From Heptranchias perlo (lineage: Eukaryota), in the NCBI RefSeq assembly GCF_035084215.1, contig NC_090329.1, forward strand, positions 42,842,001 to 42,906,000: DNA of 64,000 nt, given 5' to 3'. Positions 9,565-23,254 of this stretch are shown here, piece by piece; the first letter of the stretch is position 1; each line of letters begins with the position of its first letter. A model generated the notes under the pieces. The model made no database searches. It saw only the letters and a list, made by a program, of their open reading frames with translations, and was not told the DNA's origin. Both the position numbers and the translations under genes were made by a program.

Positions 9565-12500
9565 GACAAGAACAACTTGGATTTATAAAACTCCTTTAAT
9601 ATAAAAAAAAAATCCCAAGGCACTTCAGAAAGGCGTAATTGGAAAAAAATGGACACTGAGCAAAAGAAGAAGATATTCGAGTGGTGACTAAAAGTTTGAC
9701 CAGAGACGTGGGTTTTAAGAGTGTATTAAAGGATAAAAGGTATTTGGAGAAGCGGAGAGGTTTAGGGAGGGAATTATAGGGCCCAGACAGGTGAAAGCAT
9801 GACCTCCAATGGTGGGGTGAAAGGATGGAAGGATGTAGAATCATTGAATGGTTACAGCACAGAAGGAGGCCATTCGTCCCATCAAGCCCGCTCTGGGCTC
9901 TTTGTAAGAGCAATCCAGTTAGTCCCATTCCCCGCCTTTTCCCAATAGCCTTGTAATTTTTTTCCTTTCAAGTATTTATACAATCCCATTTTGAAAGCCA
10001 CGATTGAATTTGCTTCCACCACCCTTTCAGGCAGCGCATTCCAAATCATAACTACTCGCTGCGTAAAAAAGTTTTTCCTCATGTCATCTTTGGTTCTTTT
10101 GCCAATCACCTTAAATCTGTGTCCTCTGGTTCTCGACCCTTCCACCAATGGGAACAGATTCTCTTTATTTACTTTATCTAAACCCTTCATGATTTTGAAC
10201 ACTTCTATCAAATCTCCTCTCAAACGTCTCTGCTCTAAGGAGAACAACCCCAGCTTCTCCAGTCTATCCACGTAACTGAAGTCCCCCACCCCTGGAACCA
10301 TTCTAGTTAATCTTTTCTGCACCCTCTCTGAGGCCTTCACATCCTTCCTAAAACGTGGTGTCCAGAATTGAACACAATACTCCAGCTGTGGCCGAACCAA
10401 TGTTTTATAAAGGTTCAACATAACTTCCTTGCTTTTGTACTCTGCCTCTATTTATAAAGCCCATGATCCTGTATACATTTTTAACAGCCTTCTCAACTTG
10501 TCCTGCCACCTTCAAAGATTTGTGCATGTGCACCCTCAGGTGTCTCTGTTCCTGCACCGCCTTTTAAATTGCACCACTTAGTTTATATTGCCTCTCCTCA
10601 TTCTTCCTGCCAAAATGTATCATTTTGTACTGCTCTGCGTTAAATTTCATCTATCATGTGTCTGCCCATTCCACCAGCCTGTCTATGTTCTCTTGAAGTT
10701 TATTACTATCCTCCTCTCTGTTTACTACATTTCCAAGTTTTGTGTCATCTGCAAATTTTGAAATTGTGCCCTGTACACCGGAGTCCAAGTCATTAATATA
10801 TACCAAGAAAAGCAGTGGTCCTAGTACCGAACCCTGGGGAACACCATTGTACACCTCCCTCCTGTCCGAAAAACAACCGTTCACCACTACTCTCTGTTTC
10901 CTGTCACTTAGCCAATTTCGTATCCATGCTGCCACTGCTCCTTTTATTCCATGGGCTTCAATTTTGCTGATAAGCCTATTATGTGGAACTTTATCAAACG
11001 CCTTTTGAAAGTCTATATACATAATATCAACCGCATTGCCCTCATCAACCCTCTCTGTTACCTCCTCAAAATACTCAATCATGTTAGTTAAACACGATTT
11101 GCCTTTAACAAATCTATGCTGGCTTTCCATTATTAATCCACAATTGTTCAAGTGGCTATTAATTTTGTCCCGGGCTATCCTTTCTAAAAGCTTCCCACCA
11201 CTGAGGTTAAACTGACTGGCCTGTAGTTGCCGGGTTTATCCTTTCACCCTTTTTTGAACAAGGGTGTAACATTAGCAATTATCCAGTCCTCTGGCACCAA
11301 CCCTATATCTAAGGAGGATTGGAAGATTGTGGCCAGCACCTTTGCAATTTCCACTCTTACTTTCCTCAGCAACCTAGGATGCATCCCACCCAGACCAGGT
11401 GACTTATCTACTTTAAGTACAGCCAGCCTTTCTAGTACCTCCTCTTTACCAATTTTTAGCCAATCCAGTATCTCAACTACCTCCTCTTTTACAGTGACTT
11501 TGGCAGCATCTTCTTCCTTGGTAAAAACAGATAAAAAGTATTCATTTAGTACCTAAGCCATGCCCTCTGCCTCCATGCATAGATCTCCTTATTGGTCCCT
11601 GATCGGCCTCACCCCTCCTCTTACTACCTGTTTCCTATTTATATACCTATAGAAGACTTTTGGATTCCCTTTTACGTTAGTCGCCAGTCTATTCTCATAC
11701 TCTCTCTTCGCACCTCTTATTTCCTTTTTCACCTCTTCTCTGTACTTTCTATATTCAGCCTGGTTCTCACTTGTATTATCAAAGTGACATCTAACATAAG
11801 CCCCTTTTTTCTGCTTGATCTTACTCTCTATCGCTTTCGTCATCCAGGGAGCTCTAGCTTTAGTTGTCCTACCTTTCCCCCTCGTTGGAATGTACCTAGA
11901 CTGTACTCGAACCATCTCCTCTTTAAAGGCCACCTATTGTTCGATTACAGTTTTGCCTGCCAATCTTTGATTCCAATTTATCCGGGCCAGATCCGTTCTC
12001 AACCCGCTGAAATTGGCCCTTCTCCAATTAAGTATTTTTACTCTAGATTGCTCCTTGTCCTTTTCCATAACTAGTCTAAACCTTATGATACTATGATCAT
12101 TGTTCCCTAAATGTCCCCCACTGACTCATGCTCCACTTGGCCCACCTCATTTCCCAGAACTAGATCCAACAAAGACTCCTTCCTCATTGAGCAGGAAACA
12201 TACTGATCAAGAAAGTTCTCCTGAACACACTTCAGAAATTCTTCCCCCTCCTTGTCCTTTACACTATTACTATCCCAGTCTATATCAGGATAGTTGAAAT
12301 CCCCCATTATTACTACTCTATAGTTCTCTGTAATTTACCTGCAAATTTGCTCCTCTATATCCTTCCCACTAATTGGTGGCCTATAGAATACACCCAGTAG
12401 TGCAATGGCGCCTCTATTGTTTCTTAACTCTAACCAAATAGATTCTGTCCTTGACCACTCAAGGACATCCTCTCTCTCCAGTACTGCAATATTTTCTATA

Positions 12501-13005
12501 ATCAATACTGCCACTCCCCCCCACCTCCTTTTTTTCCTTTGCTATCTTTCCTGAACACCTTGTATCCAGGAATATTTAGAATCAAATCCTACCCTTTTTT
12601 GAGCCAAATCTCCGTTATCACCAATACATCATATTCCCATGTGACTATTTGTGCCTGCAGCTCACCAACCTTATTTACCACACTTCGTGCGTTTACGCAA
12701 ATGCACTCTAAATCTATCTTAGACCTCTCGTATTTTCTTTTATTCTGATCCCACCTATTACTCTAGTGCTACCTGCCTCTCACCCTTTGTGCACCTTGTT
12801 TCTCCTTTCTAATGCTACATCCTGGTGCCCATCCCCCTGCCAAATTAGCACAAGAGGTCAGAGTCGGAAAAATGCAAAGTTCTTGGGCAGGGGGTTGTAG
12901 GGATGGAGGAGGTTACAGAGATAGGGAGGGGCAAGGCTATGAAGCTATTTTAAATTTGAGGTATTAGGAGAGCCAACGTAGGCCAGTGAGGACAGGGGTA
13001 ATGTA
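9565..13005 (-). mobile_element. Old L2-type LINE 3' fragment split into 9565-9837 and 12849-13005 by a CR1 insertion
   Basis: Purine-rich L2-like antisense sequence is contiguous across the CR1; related to 58815-60030. Confidence 0.6.
9838..12848 (-). mobile_element. CR1 LINE, near-complete disrupted ORF2 (APE plus RT) and 3' UTR
   Basis: [54 protein letters not shown]. Confidence 0.95.
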
Positions 13006-13286
13006 TCCATATTTTTAAAGAAAATTAAGAAAATAGGACAATGTAAAGTAGAGTAGAATTACAGCTATTACACAGTGTGTATCAATGTACCATGTTAAAA
13101 TATCAGAGCAAATCTTTTCACTGGATATGGCAGGGTAGAGCCTGTGCTCTGTGATACACGTTCTGTTGCCCTCTGATGTTGTTCGGTGAACATGTCTTGG
13201 ATAAAATATAATAGAACGATTCATATCATTTTATTATTTTACCAATTTTATTTCAGTCTGGGACTAGAATAAAGTGCACATTGTAG

Positions 13287-13476
13287 AGCTGGTTTTCTGA
13301 CTTCAGGGGAAGCCTTAAGCACCTGTAGCAAAGATTGGAGATTTGGGCACATTTTATGCACGATTTCCCAACCATCAATGGTCATGGAATCGTGCTTAGT
13401 GCATGCCGGACTCTTTGATGTACGCTACAGATGGGCCTGGCTCCCCACTGGCAGTGTGAACTCAGTAAATGACCCT
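13287..13476. mobile_element. Degraded palindromic MITE
   Basis: Nested inverted pairs GGGGAAGCC/GGCTCCCC, CTGTAGC/GCTACAG, GCACGATT/AATCGTGC. Confidence 0.55.
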
Positions 13477-13485
13477 TGTATCATA

Positions 13486-13671
13486 TTGGTAATTTTAACC
13501 TAACATGCCCATCGGGAAACAGATGGGATCAGGTACAAATGCCAGTTTTACACCCGGTCCGATTTTACTCTTCATTGAAGGCAATGGAGAGTAATAATGA
13601 CCTGTTGTAAAACCAGCATTCTACTCAATCCCACAGGTTTCCTGCCCAGAACTTAGGTTAAAATGACCCCC
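13486..13671. mobile_element. Fully palindromic Harbinger-type MITE
   Basis: GGTAATTTTAACCTAA/TTAGGTTAAAATGACC, AATGCCAGTTTTACA/TGTAAAACCAGCATT and inner pairs. Confidence 0.7.
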
Positions 13672-13828
13672 ACTTAGTTTCGGTCAGCAAAGTAGCACGT
13701 CCAGAAACCCATCACTGTGCTTAGAAGTTTCCAAAGCAAACTGCTGTGAAATGATGGTGCTGTTCAATCTACATAAGTAGGGTTTGCTTGCCTGACATAG
13801 CGTGCATGCTTCCTCACTGTAGGGACAT

Positions 13829-14054
13829 AGGGGGTGAAATCGGTCTTGGCAGTGCAAAACGGGCGATAACGAATCCAGCCCCCATGGCCATGCCCCATCA
13901 CTGGTGTCCCTGTTAGGGGGAGGCCCGCCCCAAACAACGTCCCACTGAAACTAATGGGGAAGGCTGGGTCCCGGCCTAATGTTCAGCCCTTCCACCACTC
14001 TCCTGCCATGCTTACAGTAGGGTTGCGTCGGAATAGCCACGGATTTTTGGCCCC
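13829..14054. mobile_element. Harbinger-type MITE remnant
   Basis: GGGGGTGAAATC...GATTTTTGGCCCC termini; left end related to 27287-27380. Confidence 0.45.
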
Positions 14055-15832
14055 ATTATCTTGACAACATTTGAAATTAATAAATTGTCCTGTTGTTAAA
14101 ATATGGGCAAAACCTATGAACAAACAAAAGAATATTTGCATCCATCATTTGATGCCTTAATGGAGAAGATGCTTTACAGCTGTCGTTATGTGAAGCACTT
14201 ATCAACTTGTTCCAGAAAATACCATTAGCCTATTTGAAGTCCGATTGCTAAGGTATGTGCATCCCAAACAAATGTTGCTGAAATTCTTCTAGTGATGTTA
14301 CCACAGACTGCGGGATTACTACTAATACTTAGAAAGCACTAATTATAGTTCCGCAAAAACAAATTAATCTAGTTTAATAGCTTAGTCTACCTAACCAAAA
14401 TGTCATTAAGCCAGCTATTACAGAATAGATCTGACTAAACTATCCCAAACTCTAGTGTTGTGAACATTTAGGGGATGGTAAAGTGTGAGAGACATTTAAA
14501 GTGGCTTTAATGCCTCCCACGGTGGTGGACATAACACTTTTTTAAAGGTGCAACAACAATGTAACTCATTTTGAGGTCACTGAGGCAGCTATTCGGACTA
14601 TTGGCAAGTTTAGCACCACTTACTCTCTTTAAAAAAGCTGTGGGAGATAACAAGTTCAGGATATGGTGAAGCCTATTTATGGCACGTGAACATTTCTGTG
14701 GAAATCATTAACAATGAGTATAACCTCATTGCCTGAACAGCGTGTAGATAATCTACAATTCATTTCCCACTGATACAAAAGTCTTGAAATACCGTTGTAC
14801 CAGTAAAGCGATGATGTTTCCCCACTACTATCATTTACAGTTTACTTCCAACACAGCACTTTTGCCACTGTTTTATGCACCACATTTTACAAAAAGAAAA
14901 GTCTAAAACATTTTGTTAGAAACTACATGCACTATATTATAAATAACAACAGATATTTAGCAGTTAGTTTAAGGCAGTAATTCAGTCTTATGCATATTCT
15001 GACATTCATAAAACGCTTTGCTCTTGTGGTTTATGCTCAATTGAATTACTGCTTCTTTGTAACTTACTGCCAGCCATTTGTTATTCTGATCACACAGTAA
15101 ACATTGTACCGATTTATATATCCCATTAAGGAACGTTGTGCAAGTGATGAGTGCAACAGATTGAACAGTCACTTAGCCTCCAATTCCATGGCAGTTTGCT
15201 GCTCACTGCAATTCCTCTTGTGATGCAGGATTAAATTGCAAAGGAGTGATGACGGACAAAATGTGCCTCTTACCCTTTTTATTTACATTTTCTCCTCCCT
15301 CTTCTCTACTGTGCATTCTTTCGTTGGATGGGCATTGCAAATAGATTAAGAATATTCTCACAGCGACCATTAGTACTACTTAATGTTCGCTTGACAGAAA
15401 GTGACTTAGATGCTATCTGTTCTGCCATCACTATCCTGGGTGAACTGTCTCACTATTGGGCAGCACAGCACTGGGTGCCGATTCTGAAAATAGACAAAAC
15501 TGAACTGAAAGAGAAGTTTGAGTGACAGGCAGCCCTGGGAACCCTAATCCATGGCCAGGATGGAAGTCAAGCGTGTAAGCATATGAGCTATCAGTCTCAT
15601 GCACAACTGTCTCATTTTATTTTTGTCTCACCACATTCAAAGCAAACAAAGGATGACAAAATTTAGCAGGCTAGTAATTACTGTTGGTGAACCTTCAACT
15701 TCCATATCCTGAGGGAGCAGAATCTGTTAGTTCATTTACAATAAAAATGCCAAATCATTCACAATATGCAAGTGTAAAGCATATGTAATGTAAATTAATT
15801 TGATATTGATTACAGGATTATTAAAAAATATT

Positions 15833-16443
15833 GGGGTAGAAGTTGGACCTCCTAGCGCCTGTTTTCTGGGTGGAAAACGGAGGCACAGGGGTCTAATTGA
15901 GGGGTCAACCTCCCGCACCTGAACAGTGTCAGAAACATTTTCAACGCCATTTTGGTTCGGGCACTCTAAAGCGTCCCTGGCATCAGCCTGAAACAGGAGT
16001 TAGACCTCTTGAGGGGTCTAACGTCAATTTAAGCACGCCTCCCTGAAATGCTTTTCCAGGAGTAGATGTGGCCTCACAAGTAGCCGCCACCAAAAAGTTA
16101 TGGTTTTCTTTTAAAAAATCCTTCATGTGAAGCTAGGAATGGCAGGAGTGCTCCTCCCAGCTCCACAGCACTCCTTAGGGCCACTGCTGGCCCAGGTCGC
16201 CTCCCTGCCCCCCATTATCGTCTCTCCCTATCACTTACTCGAAGGCCACTGCCAGGGTCACAGTGGCCAGAAATTGACCTCCACTTCGCTGGCAAGTTGC
16301 CTGGGGTCATATGGTAGGCACTGGCAGTTCACTAGACTTATTAAAATGAGGCCTGAGGACCAATATCGATCGGGCCTACCTCTTCAGGTACAGCGATCGT
16401 TCCCTGCATCCAGTTTGTGCCGGCGTTCACAAATTTCTATCCC
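15833..16443. mobile_element. Non-autonomous Harbinger-type element
   Basis: TIR-like ends GGGGTAGAAGTT / AATTTCTATCCC enclosing a GC-richer interior. Confidence 0.6.
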
Positions 16444-17124
16444 GTTACATCCTTAGATAATGTTTTTTTCAAAATCCTTATCAAACTTTTACCATTAAAA
16501 TGTGTTCAATTCAAACAATTCTTTCTACACCATTTCACTTTTGTTGCTATTGATATAGTGGTTAGAATAATTATTACTTCATTTTATTTGATGTACAAAA
16601 ATCACTTAGTTATTTCCCAAATGTAAAATTTGCTTTAATATAGAAAGTAACATTGTGGCATTAAATAAACTTTCATTGTACATCATTTGAAATATATAAA
16701 ACTTATTTACTGACCTGTGAAACAGTCTATGATTGTTTGGTTTACCTTTTTTTAATAATTTCTGTGTCCAGCGCATTCCTTTCCCCCTCGATGTAACTTG
16801 TCCATTGCCATTTCATATAAGAAAACATATCAGTCTGCAGCATAGTGTCACTTCACTGCTGTCTAAAACATTCTTACAATGTCTGCAATCTTCTGACACT
16901 CAGGGGGCTCTTATATCTTTTGAGTGCTCGTGTCATTAATATATTCATGTGGAAAGTGTCTTGATTTATACCAATTCAAACATAAATATGCCTAACTCAA
17001 AATATTGCAATTAGAATTTTTTTCTAAATGAAGGACATTAATAACATTATAGTCCTATAACATAGTGGATATAGGATTGTTACACATCAGGCTGCAAAGA
17101 TATAGGGGATATAGATATAGGATA

Positions 17125-17923
17125 ATCTGAGAGCAAGTTATTATCTTAATGGCGAGAAACTGGAAAGTACTGCAGTACAAAGGGATCTGGGGGTCCTAGT
17201 GCAAGAAAATCAAAATGTTAGTATGGAGGTGTAGCAGGTGATCAAGAAGGCCAACGGAATGTTGGCTTTTATTGCTAGGGGGATAGAATATAAAAACAGG
17301 GAGGTATTGCTGCAGTTATATAAGGTATTGGTGAGACCACAACTGGAATACTGCATACAGTTTTGGTGTCCATACTTAAGAAAATACATACTTGCTCTCG
17401 AGGCAGTACAAAGAAGGTTCACTCGGTTAATCCTGGGGATGAGGGGGTGGACATATGAGGAGAGGTTGAGTAGATTGGGACTCTACTCATTGGAGTTCAG
17501 AAGAATGAGAGGCGATCTTATTGAAACATATAAGATTGTGAAGGGGCTTGATCGGGTGGATGCGGTAAGGATGTTCCCAAGGATGGGTGAAACTAGAACT
17601 AGGGGACATAATCTAAGAATAAGGGGCTGCTCTTTCAAAACTGAGATGAGGAGAAACTTCTTCACTCAGAGGGGAGTAGGTCTGTGGAATTTGCTGCCCC
17701 AGGAAGCTGTGGAAGCTACATCATTAAATAAATTTAAAACAGAAATCGACAGTTTCCTAGAAGTAAAGGGAATTAGGGGTTACGGGGAGCGGGCAGGAAA
17801 TTGGACATGAATTTAGATTTGAGGTTAGGATCAGATCAGCCATGATCTTATTGAATGGCGGAGCAGTCTCGAGGGGCCGATTGGCCTACTCCTGCTCTTA
17901 TTTCTTATGTTCTTATGTTCTTA
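17125..17923 (+). mobile_element. CR1 LINE 3' fragment, same subfamily as 51484-53376
   Basis: ORF 17238-17810 (LVRPQLEYCIQFW, RRMRGDLIETYKI); (TTCTTATG)n tail. Confidence 0.95.
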
Positions 17924-18364
17924 TAATTCCAGTTGCATTATAATTATTCCTAAGCACAAATAAAGTTTAAATAATGTCAGTAAGTCTGTCAAAGCATTTT
18001 AAAGATCAGGAAATTGCAGCTTGGCCTATTTAAATGATAGCTACCTCCGGTACAGTAATTGGCTTCATTTTTGTTTTTTGTTGGGAATTCCATCCCATTA
18101 GTATTTTGTTAAACTCATGTTAATCTATGTGGAATGATGGGAATACCCCTGCAAAAGGACTTACCACCTGAAATGTCATTTTCTGCTTGACACAAAATGT
18201 GTGGTTAGATTCAACTCAACACTCTGGGATATTCTGTCATAGGTTCCTCAGGAGAAAAACTGTCCACTAGAAATCAAAGTGGCTACTTATTTACTAAACA
18301 CGTTTAATATTACATGGAAAATGTGGCTCACTCTTGCCAGATTGTCGTAAGTTTAAACACAACA

Positions 18365-18690
18365 TCAGGGTTTAAGCTTACAATCCAGCTGGCACTCCAG
18401 TGTGGTGCAGAGGGAGTGCTGCATTGTCCTTTAGATGAGATCTCATCTGCTCAATCCAACGCTTCAGGTGGACATTAAATATTCCACAGCACTACTGGAA
18501 GAAGAGCAGGGAGTCCTTCTGTGACCTGGCCAACATTGCTGCCTCAACCAATACGGCCAAGAAAACACAGATTAGTTGGTCACTGCTGTTTGTGGCTGCC
18601 ATCTTTACCTACATAACAACAGTTTTTGTCCTTTGGAATAGTTCATTCAGCAAGACATTCTGACGTGATAAAGCGCTATATAATTACAAG
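18365..18690 (+). repeat. Degraded Deu-domain SINE
   Basis: GAGGGAGTGCTGCATTGTC, CAGGTGGAC, GAAGAAGAGCAGGGAGT motifs shared with 43178-43650. Confidence 0.7.
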
Positions 18691-19654
18691 TATTATTATT
18701 AGCAAATGTATAGTAGTGGTAATTGCTGTGAGTGCTTCACTACTGCCAGTGACAATGTACAACACTCAGCAACAAATGTACAGCAGCATTGCTCAACACA
18801 GGGCAACCGGAGCAAAGAATGCCACTGACACAATGGGAATTAATTTTCACTTAACTCACAGCAGCGGTGCTGAACTCCCTGCTGATGTCTGCAAAAATCC
18901 AGGCGGCAATTCTATCAACACTTCTTTACACTAATGAAATGGGATTGAATAGTAATTACAGGCTGTTCCTGTACCGCACTGCACTGGGGATTTGAAGATA
19001 GGCCAGTTGAAGGATAAGCCTGCCTGAACTCAACTTTAAGAATGAGCTGCCTATTTGTAATTTTATGCTACAGCAAAGCCAGTTCTCCATTATTAATTTC
19101 AAAGCATGACTAAACACTAAGATCTTTGCCATGGTAAAAAGATCTATTTTACATTCAGTTTATTGTTTGGAGAGGAGTAGGCATCTGCAAGTTAGTGACA
19201 AGGCTCTAGTATAATATGATATATGAAAATACGAAACTGACGGGCAGGAAAAGACCAGCTGATCCATCAAGCCTGCCCCACACTATGAGGGCCAAACCAT
19301 CATGACTAAACACGTCTTCCCTCCTTCTCACACACGCAGCCATGTAATCTCCTGGGAAAGCAAAAAAACAGAGAAAAAATCAGGGCCAATAAGGGAAAAA
19401 ATACTCTGGAAAATACCGGTCCTCCTCAGGCAATCAAAACCAGTCCAGGAGATCACACGGACTAAATGTTATCTATAAAGACACTTATCTTCTCCCTCAG
19501 AGGCTGAGACAGGAGAAATTATAATGGAGAATAAGGAAATGGCAGAGACGTTAAACAAATATTTTGTATCTGTCTTCGCAGAAGACACTGAAAACATACC
19601 AGAAATAGTGGGGAACCAAGGGTCTAATGAGAGTGAGCAGCTTAAAGTAATTAA

Positions 19655-19890
19655 TCATAGAAGCGTAGAAAGGTTACAACACGGAAGGAGGCCATTCAGC
19701 CCATCAAGTCCATGCTGGCTTTATGCAAGAGCAATCCAGTCCGTCCCATTCCCTCGCCCTATCCCCGTAGTCCTGCAAATTCTTTCCTTTCAAGTACTTA
19801 TCCAGTTCCCTTTTGAAAGCCATAATTGAATCTGCCTCTACCATGCCCTCAGGCAGTGTATTCCAGATCCTAACCACTCGCTGTGTGAAA
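19655..19890 (-). mobile_element. CR1 LINE short 3' fragment
   Basis: FTQRVVRIWNTLPE...AFKRELDKYL; matches 9838-10070. Confidence 0.9.
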
Positions 19891-19892
19891 AC

Positions 19893-22558
19893 AGTCCAGC
19901 TCCATCCTGTATCCACAGGGTGACAGGAGGACCTCCAGACACATGCTGCGGAGTCAGTGGGAGGAAGTGATGTTGGAAGTGAATGCCAGGAGCATTGCAC
20001 CACACACATGGATGCAATGCAGGAAGAAGTTCAACGATTTGACTCGAGTGGTCAAGGTGAGTGAATTCAACTGTCAAGTGACACATCCTACCAACTGCAC
20101 CACTGCTCCACGCACGACACCCCCCCGTCATGCACCCACCAACAAACACTATCCGTCTACCCAAACACCTTGCAGGACACTCACTGACACACTTCCGTCT
20201 GCCTTGCAGGAGAAGGTGATGCATAACTGCTGGCAGAATGAAAGACCTGAGGGAGGTCAGGCACGCCTATATGTCCTCACCCCCATGGAGGAGACAGTGC
20301 TGGCGATCATTGGGCAGGCTGTCGCTGCGGCTGTGGCCACTGGCGGTGCTGGAGGTATCGATGACGAGGGTCTCCTCTTTCTCACTTTCCACATCTCCCT
20401 CAACCCACAATCTCTTCTGACACACGAGCTACAGGTGGTGTAAGCACACACGTCTTAATTTCTCCTCTCCTTGCTCCACAACTCAACCCGTCTTCCTTTG
20501 TTATTACAGATACCCAACATCTGGAGCCGGCACCCTCCGAGGTGGAGCAGGAGGAGGACAGTGATGATGAAGTCACTTGATCTGACACTCGCAGCCACCA
20601 GCTCAAACACTGAAACAATGCCTAGTGTAGAGGGTAGGTTAGAGGAGGGACCTGCCTGTGGTGAGACACCGGACACAAGCGCGCAGGAGCCGGAGCGGGG
20701 GGGAATGGATACCACAGGTGCCAGCTCGCCGGAGGGTGAGGTCGCACACTGGTTCTGCTGCCAAGGAGTCAGATGATGATTTCGATGGGCAAGGCTACAG
20801 AAGAAGGCTGATGGGCGTACACAACCAAATGCTTGGTGCATTGGAAAGCTTGCCAGAAAGCCTGCGCGCAATGTCACAAAGGAGTCCACCTCGAACTTGG
20901 CACAGGACTGTACGCAGAGCTTGGAGCCCATCCTTACCCACATGGAACGGGTGGTCACCTCCATTAGCGCACCTGTGGAACACACCATGATGCGGCGTCT
21001 GATGACCGATGTCATAGCTTCCATTGCAGCACAAACATCCGCCATCCAAGGTCTGGCTGGTGCATTTGGAAGCTCAGACCGCTGCATAACAAGCTCATAC
21101 TACTGCTATTGTGGCTCTGGGTTCCACTGTGAAATGGGGCTTCCAGGGCATCACAGCACTCCAGGGACCTGTTGTCCAGCAGATCACCAGGATTGCTGAG
21201 GCAGTGGTGCCGTGGAAGAAGAACCTACTGTCCTCTCTCAGGATGACAGCATTCCTGCTCCCATCCCTGCCTCTCCACCAGTGCCCTTACTATTGCATGT
21301 CAGCCAGCCAGGCCCGTCTGCTGCAACCCAGGCTGAGCTGGTGCATTCTGAAGTCGGGCCCTCCCAGCCCAGAGCTGCTCAAGGTGTCCTCCACAGCCAT
21401 CAGCATGCTCCTCAATTGAAGGTCAGCAGCCTCCACCATCCATGCTCCAGCTAATGGGGATGCATCTCGTAGAAGCACTAGGAAAGGAAAAGGCACATGA
21501 ATGACAGGCAGTAAAGGAATGTACAAGGATGAATAGTGTAATGTTGTATACGTGATTTCATGTGTAAGTTTATAAATTTGTGTTTGAAGTCGCAGTTGGT
21601 GGTGATTTTTATTTATGCGCCAAGCTGCGGGTGGAAGCAATGTATAATCATAAGGAGGATGATTTGATGATCACATGGGAGAGGAAAGGTGAGGAATGTA
21701 GGACTGTGGTGACTTGGGAGGTGTCATTGAGGTTACTGATATCGCTCATGAATAAGGTGAGCACGCAGATCCCTGACAGACAGGACCTGTGCACCTTGTT
21801 GCCTCCTTGCCTCTTCCACCACTTCCTCCTCCATCTCCTCCTCTTCCTCTGCCTCTGGTTCAGAGTCTCACCGGATAGGTGATGGCAAGCACTGTCCTCT
21901 CACAATGTCGAGGTTGTACAGCATGCAGCATAAAATGACACCCGCTCAGCTGAGTACTTTAGGGCTCCAGAACAGTCAAGGCAGCGGAATCGTGGCTTTA
22001 GGACGCCTATCGTGTGCTCGATGATGTTTCATGTGGCTGCATGGCTCTCCTTATAGGTCTGCTCTGCATGTGCGTGTGCGATCCTGAACAGAGTCATGAG
22101 CCATTTCATGGGGGGATAGCCCTTGTCACCCAGTAGCTAGCCTTTGACTTGCCAAACCGGTTGAAAGACAGGTGGGACGTTGGACTGCAGCATAATGAAG
22201 GCTTCATGACTGGTGCTAAGGTAGATGGCATTGACCTGCATGATGCGTTGAGTGTCCATGCTGTTTAAGACCTGCTCAGCTGGTTCAGAGGTTAAGACAG
22301 TGCATTGGCTGGAGCGTTGAGTTCCAAAATCGCATCTGTCTCTTTAAATCAGCATTGCACACTGATCGACCGTATATTCTCTCTACTTTACATTGTGCCG
22401 GCATTCGTTATCTGGGCATGCACACACGCCTTTACCAAGATGGCGTCCGGCGCATGTCACGCTAGAAGTGTGCACACGCATTCCGGATGCCATTTTGGGT
22501 CCTTAGGAGTCCACGTAGTGCTGACACAATGGGTGTTACGCGGCCCAATTTAGAGCCC
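19893..22558. mobile_element. PIF/Harbinger copy 2, same family as copy 1; left end missing and transposase internally deleted near 22255
   Basis: WEEVMLEVNARSIAPHTWMQCRKKFNDLTRVVK; splice sites at 20057, 20209, 20509; collinear with 1510-4035 then 4870-5170. Confidence 0.9.
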
Positions 22559-23254
22559 ATTATATTTAGATTTTCAAAAGGCTTTTGATAAGACGCTACA
22601 CAAAAAGTTGTTACACAAGATAAGGGCTCATGGGATTTGGCGTAATATATTAACATGGATAGGGGATTGATTAACGGACCATACACAGAGAGTAGGAATA
22701 AATGGGTCATTCTCAGGTTGGCAGACTGTAACGAGTGGGGTGCCGCAGGAATCAGTGCTTGGGCCTCAGCTATTTACAATCTATATTAATGACTTAGATG
22801 AAGGGACCGAATGTAATGTGTCCAAGTTTGCTGATGATACAAAGCTAGGTGAGAAAGTAAGCTGCAAGGAGGACACAAGGGGGTAAATTTCAACGGGAAG
22901 CCAAGAAGAGAGCAGGGTGGGGGGTGGATTTACTGATGGGAAACCCGGAAGTATGAGTTTCCCAAACCTCTTTACGATTTTGATGTTAAGATATCTATCA
23001 ATTTTTTTCAGTAGGGAGCATATGCCATCATGTAAGTCTTAGATCCAGGGGTGGGGGGGGGGGGGGGGGGGCGCGGGGCAGGTGGCAGTCATGGGGGGGT
23101 GTCATCGGGAGTGGGGTGTGTCATGGGAGAGGTCATCATCAGGGGAAGTCATCGGGGGAAGTCATCAGGGCAGTCATCAGTGTTGGGGGTCATCAGGGGT
23201 CATCAGGGGCTCAGTCATGGGGGGGAGTTGGACATCGGGGGTGTCGGAGCTCAT

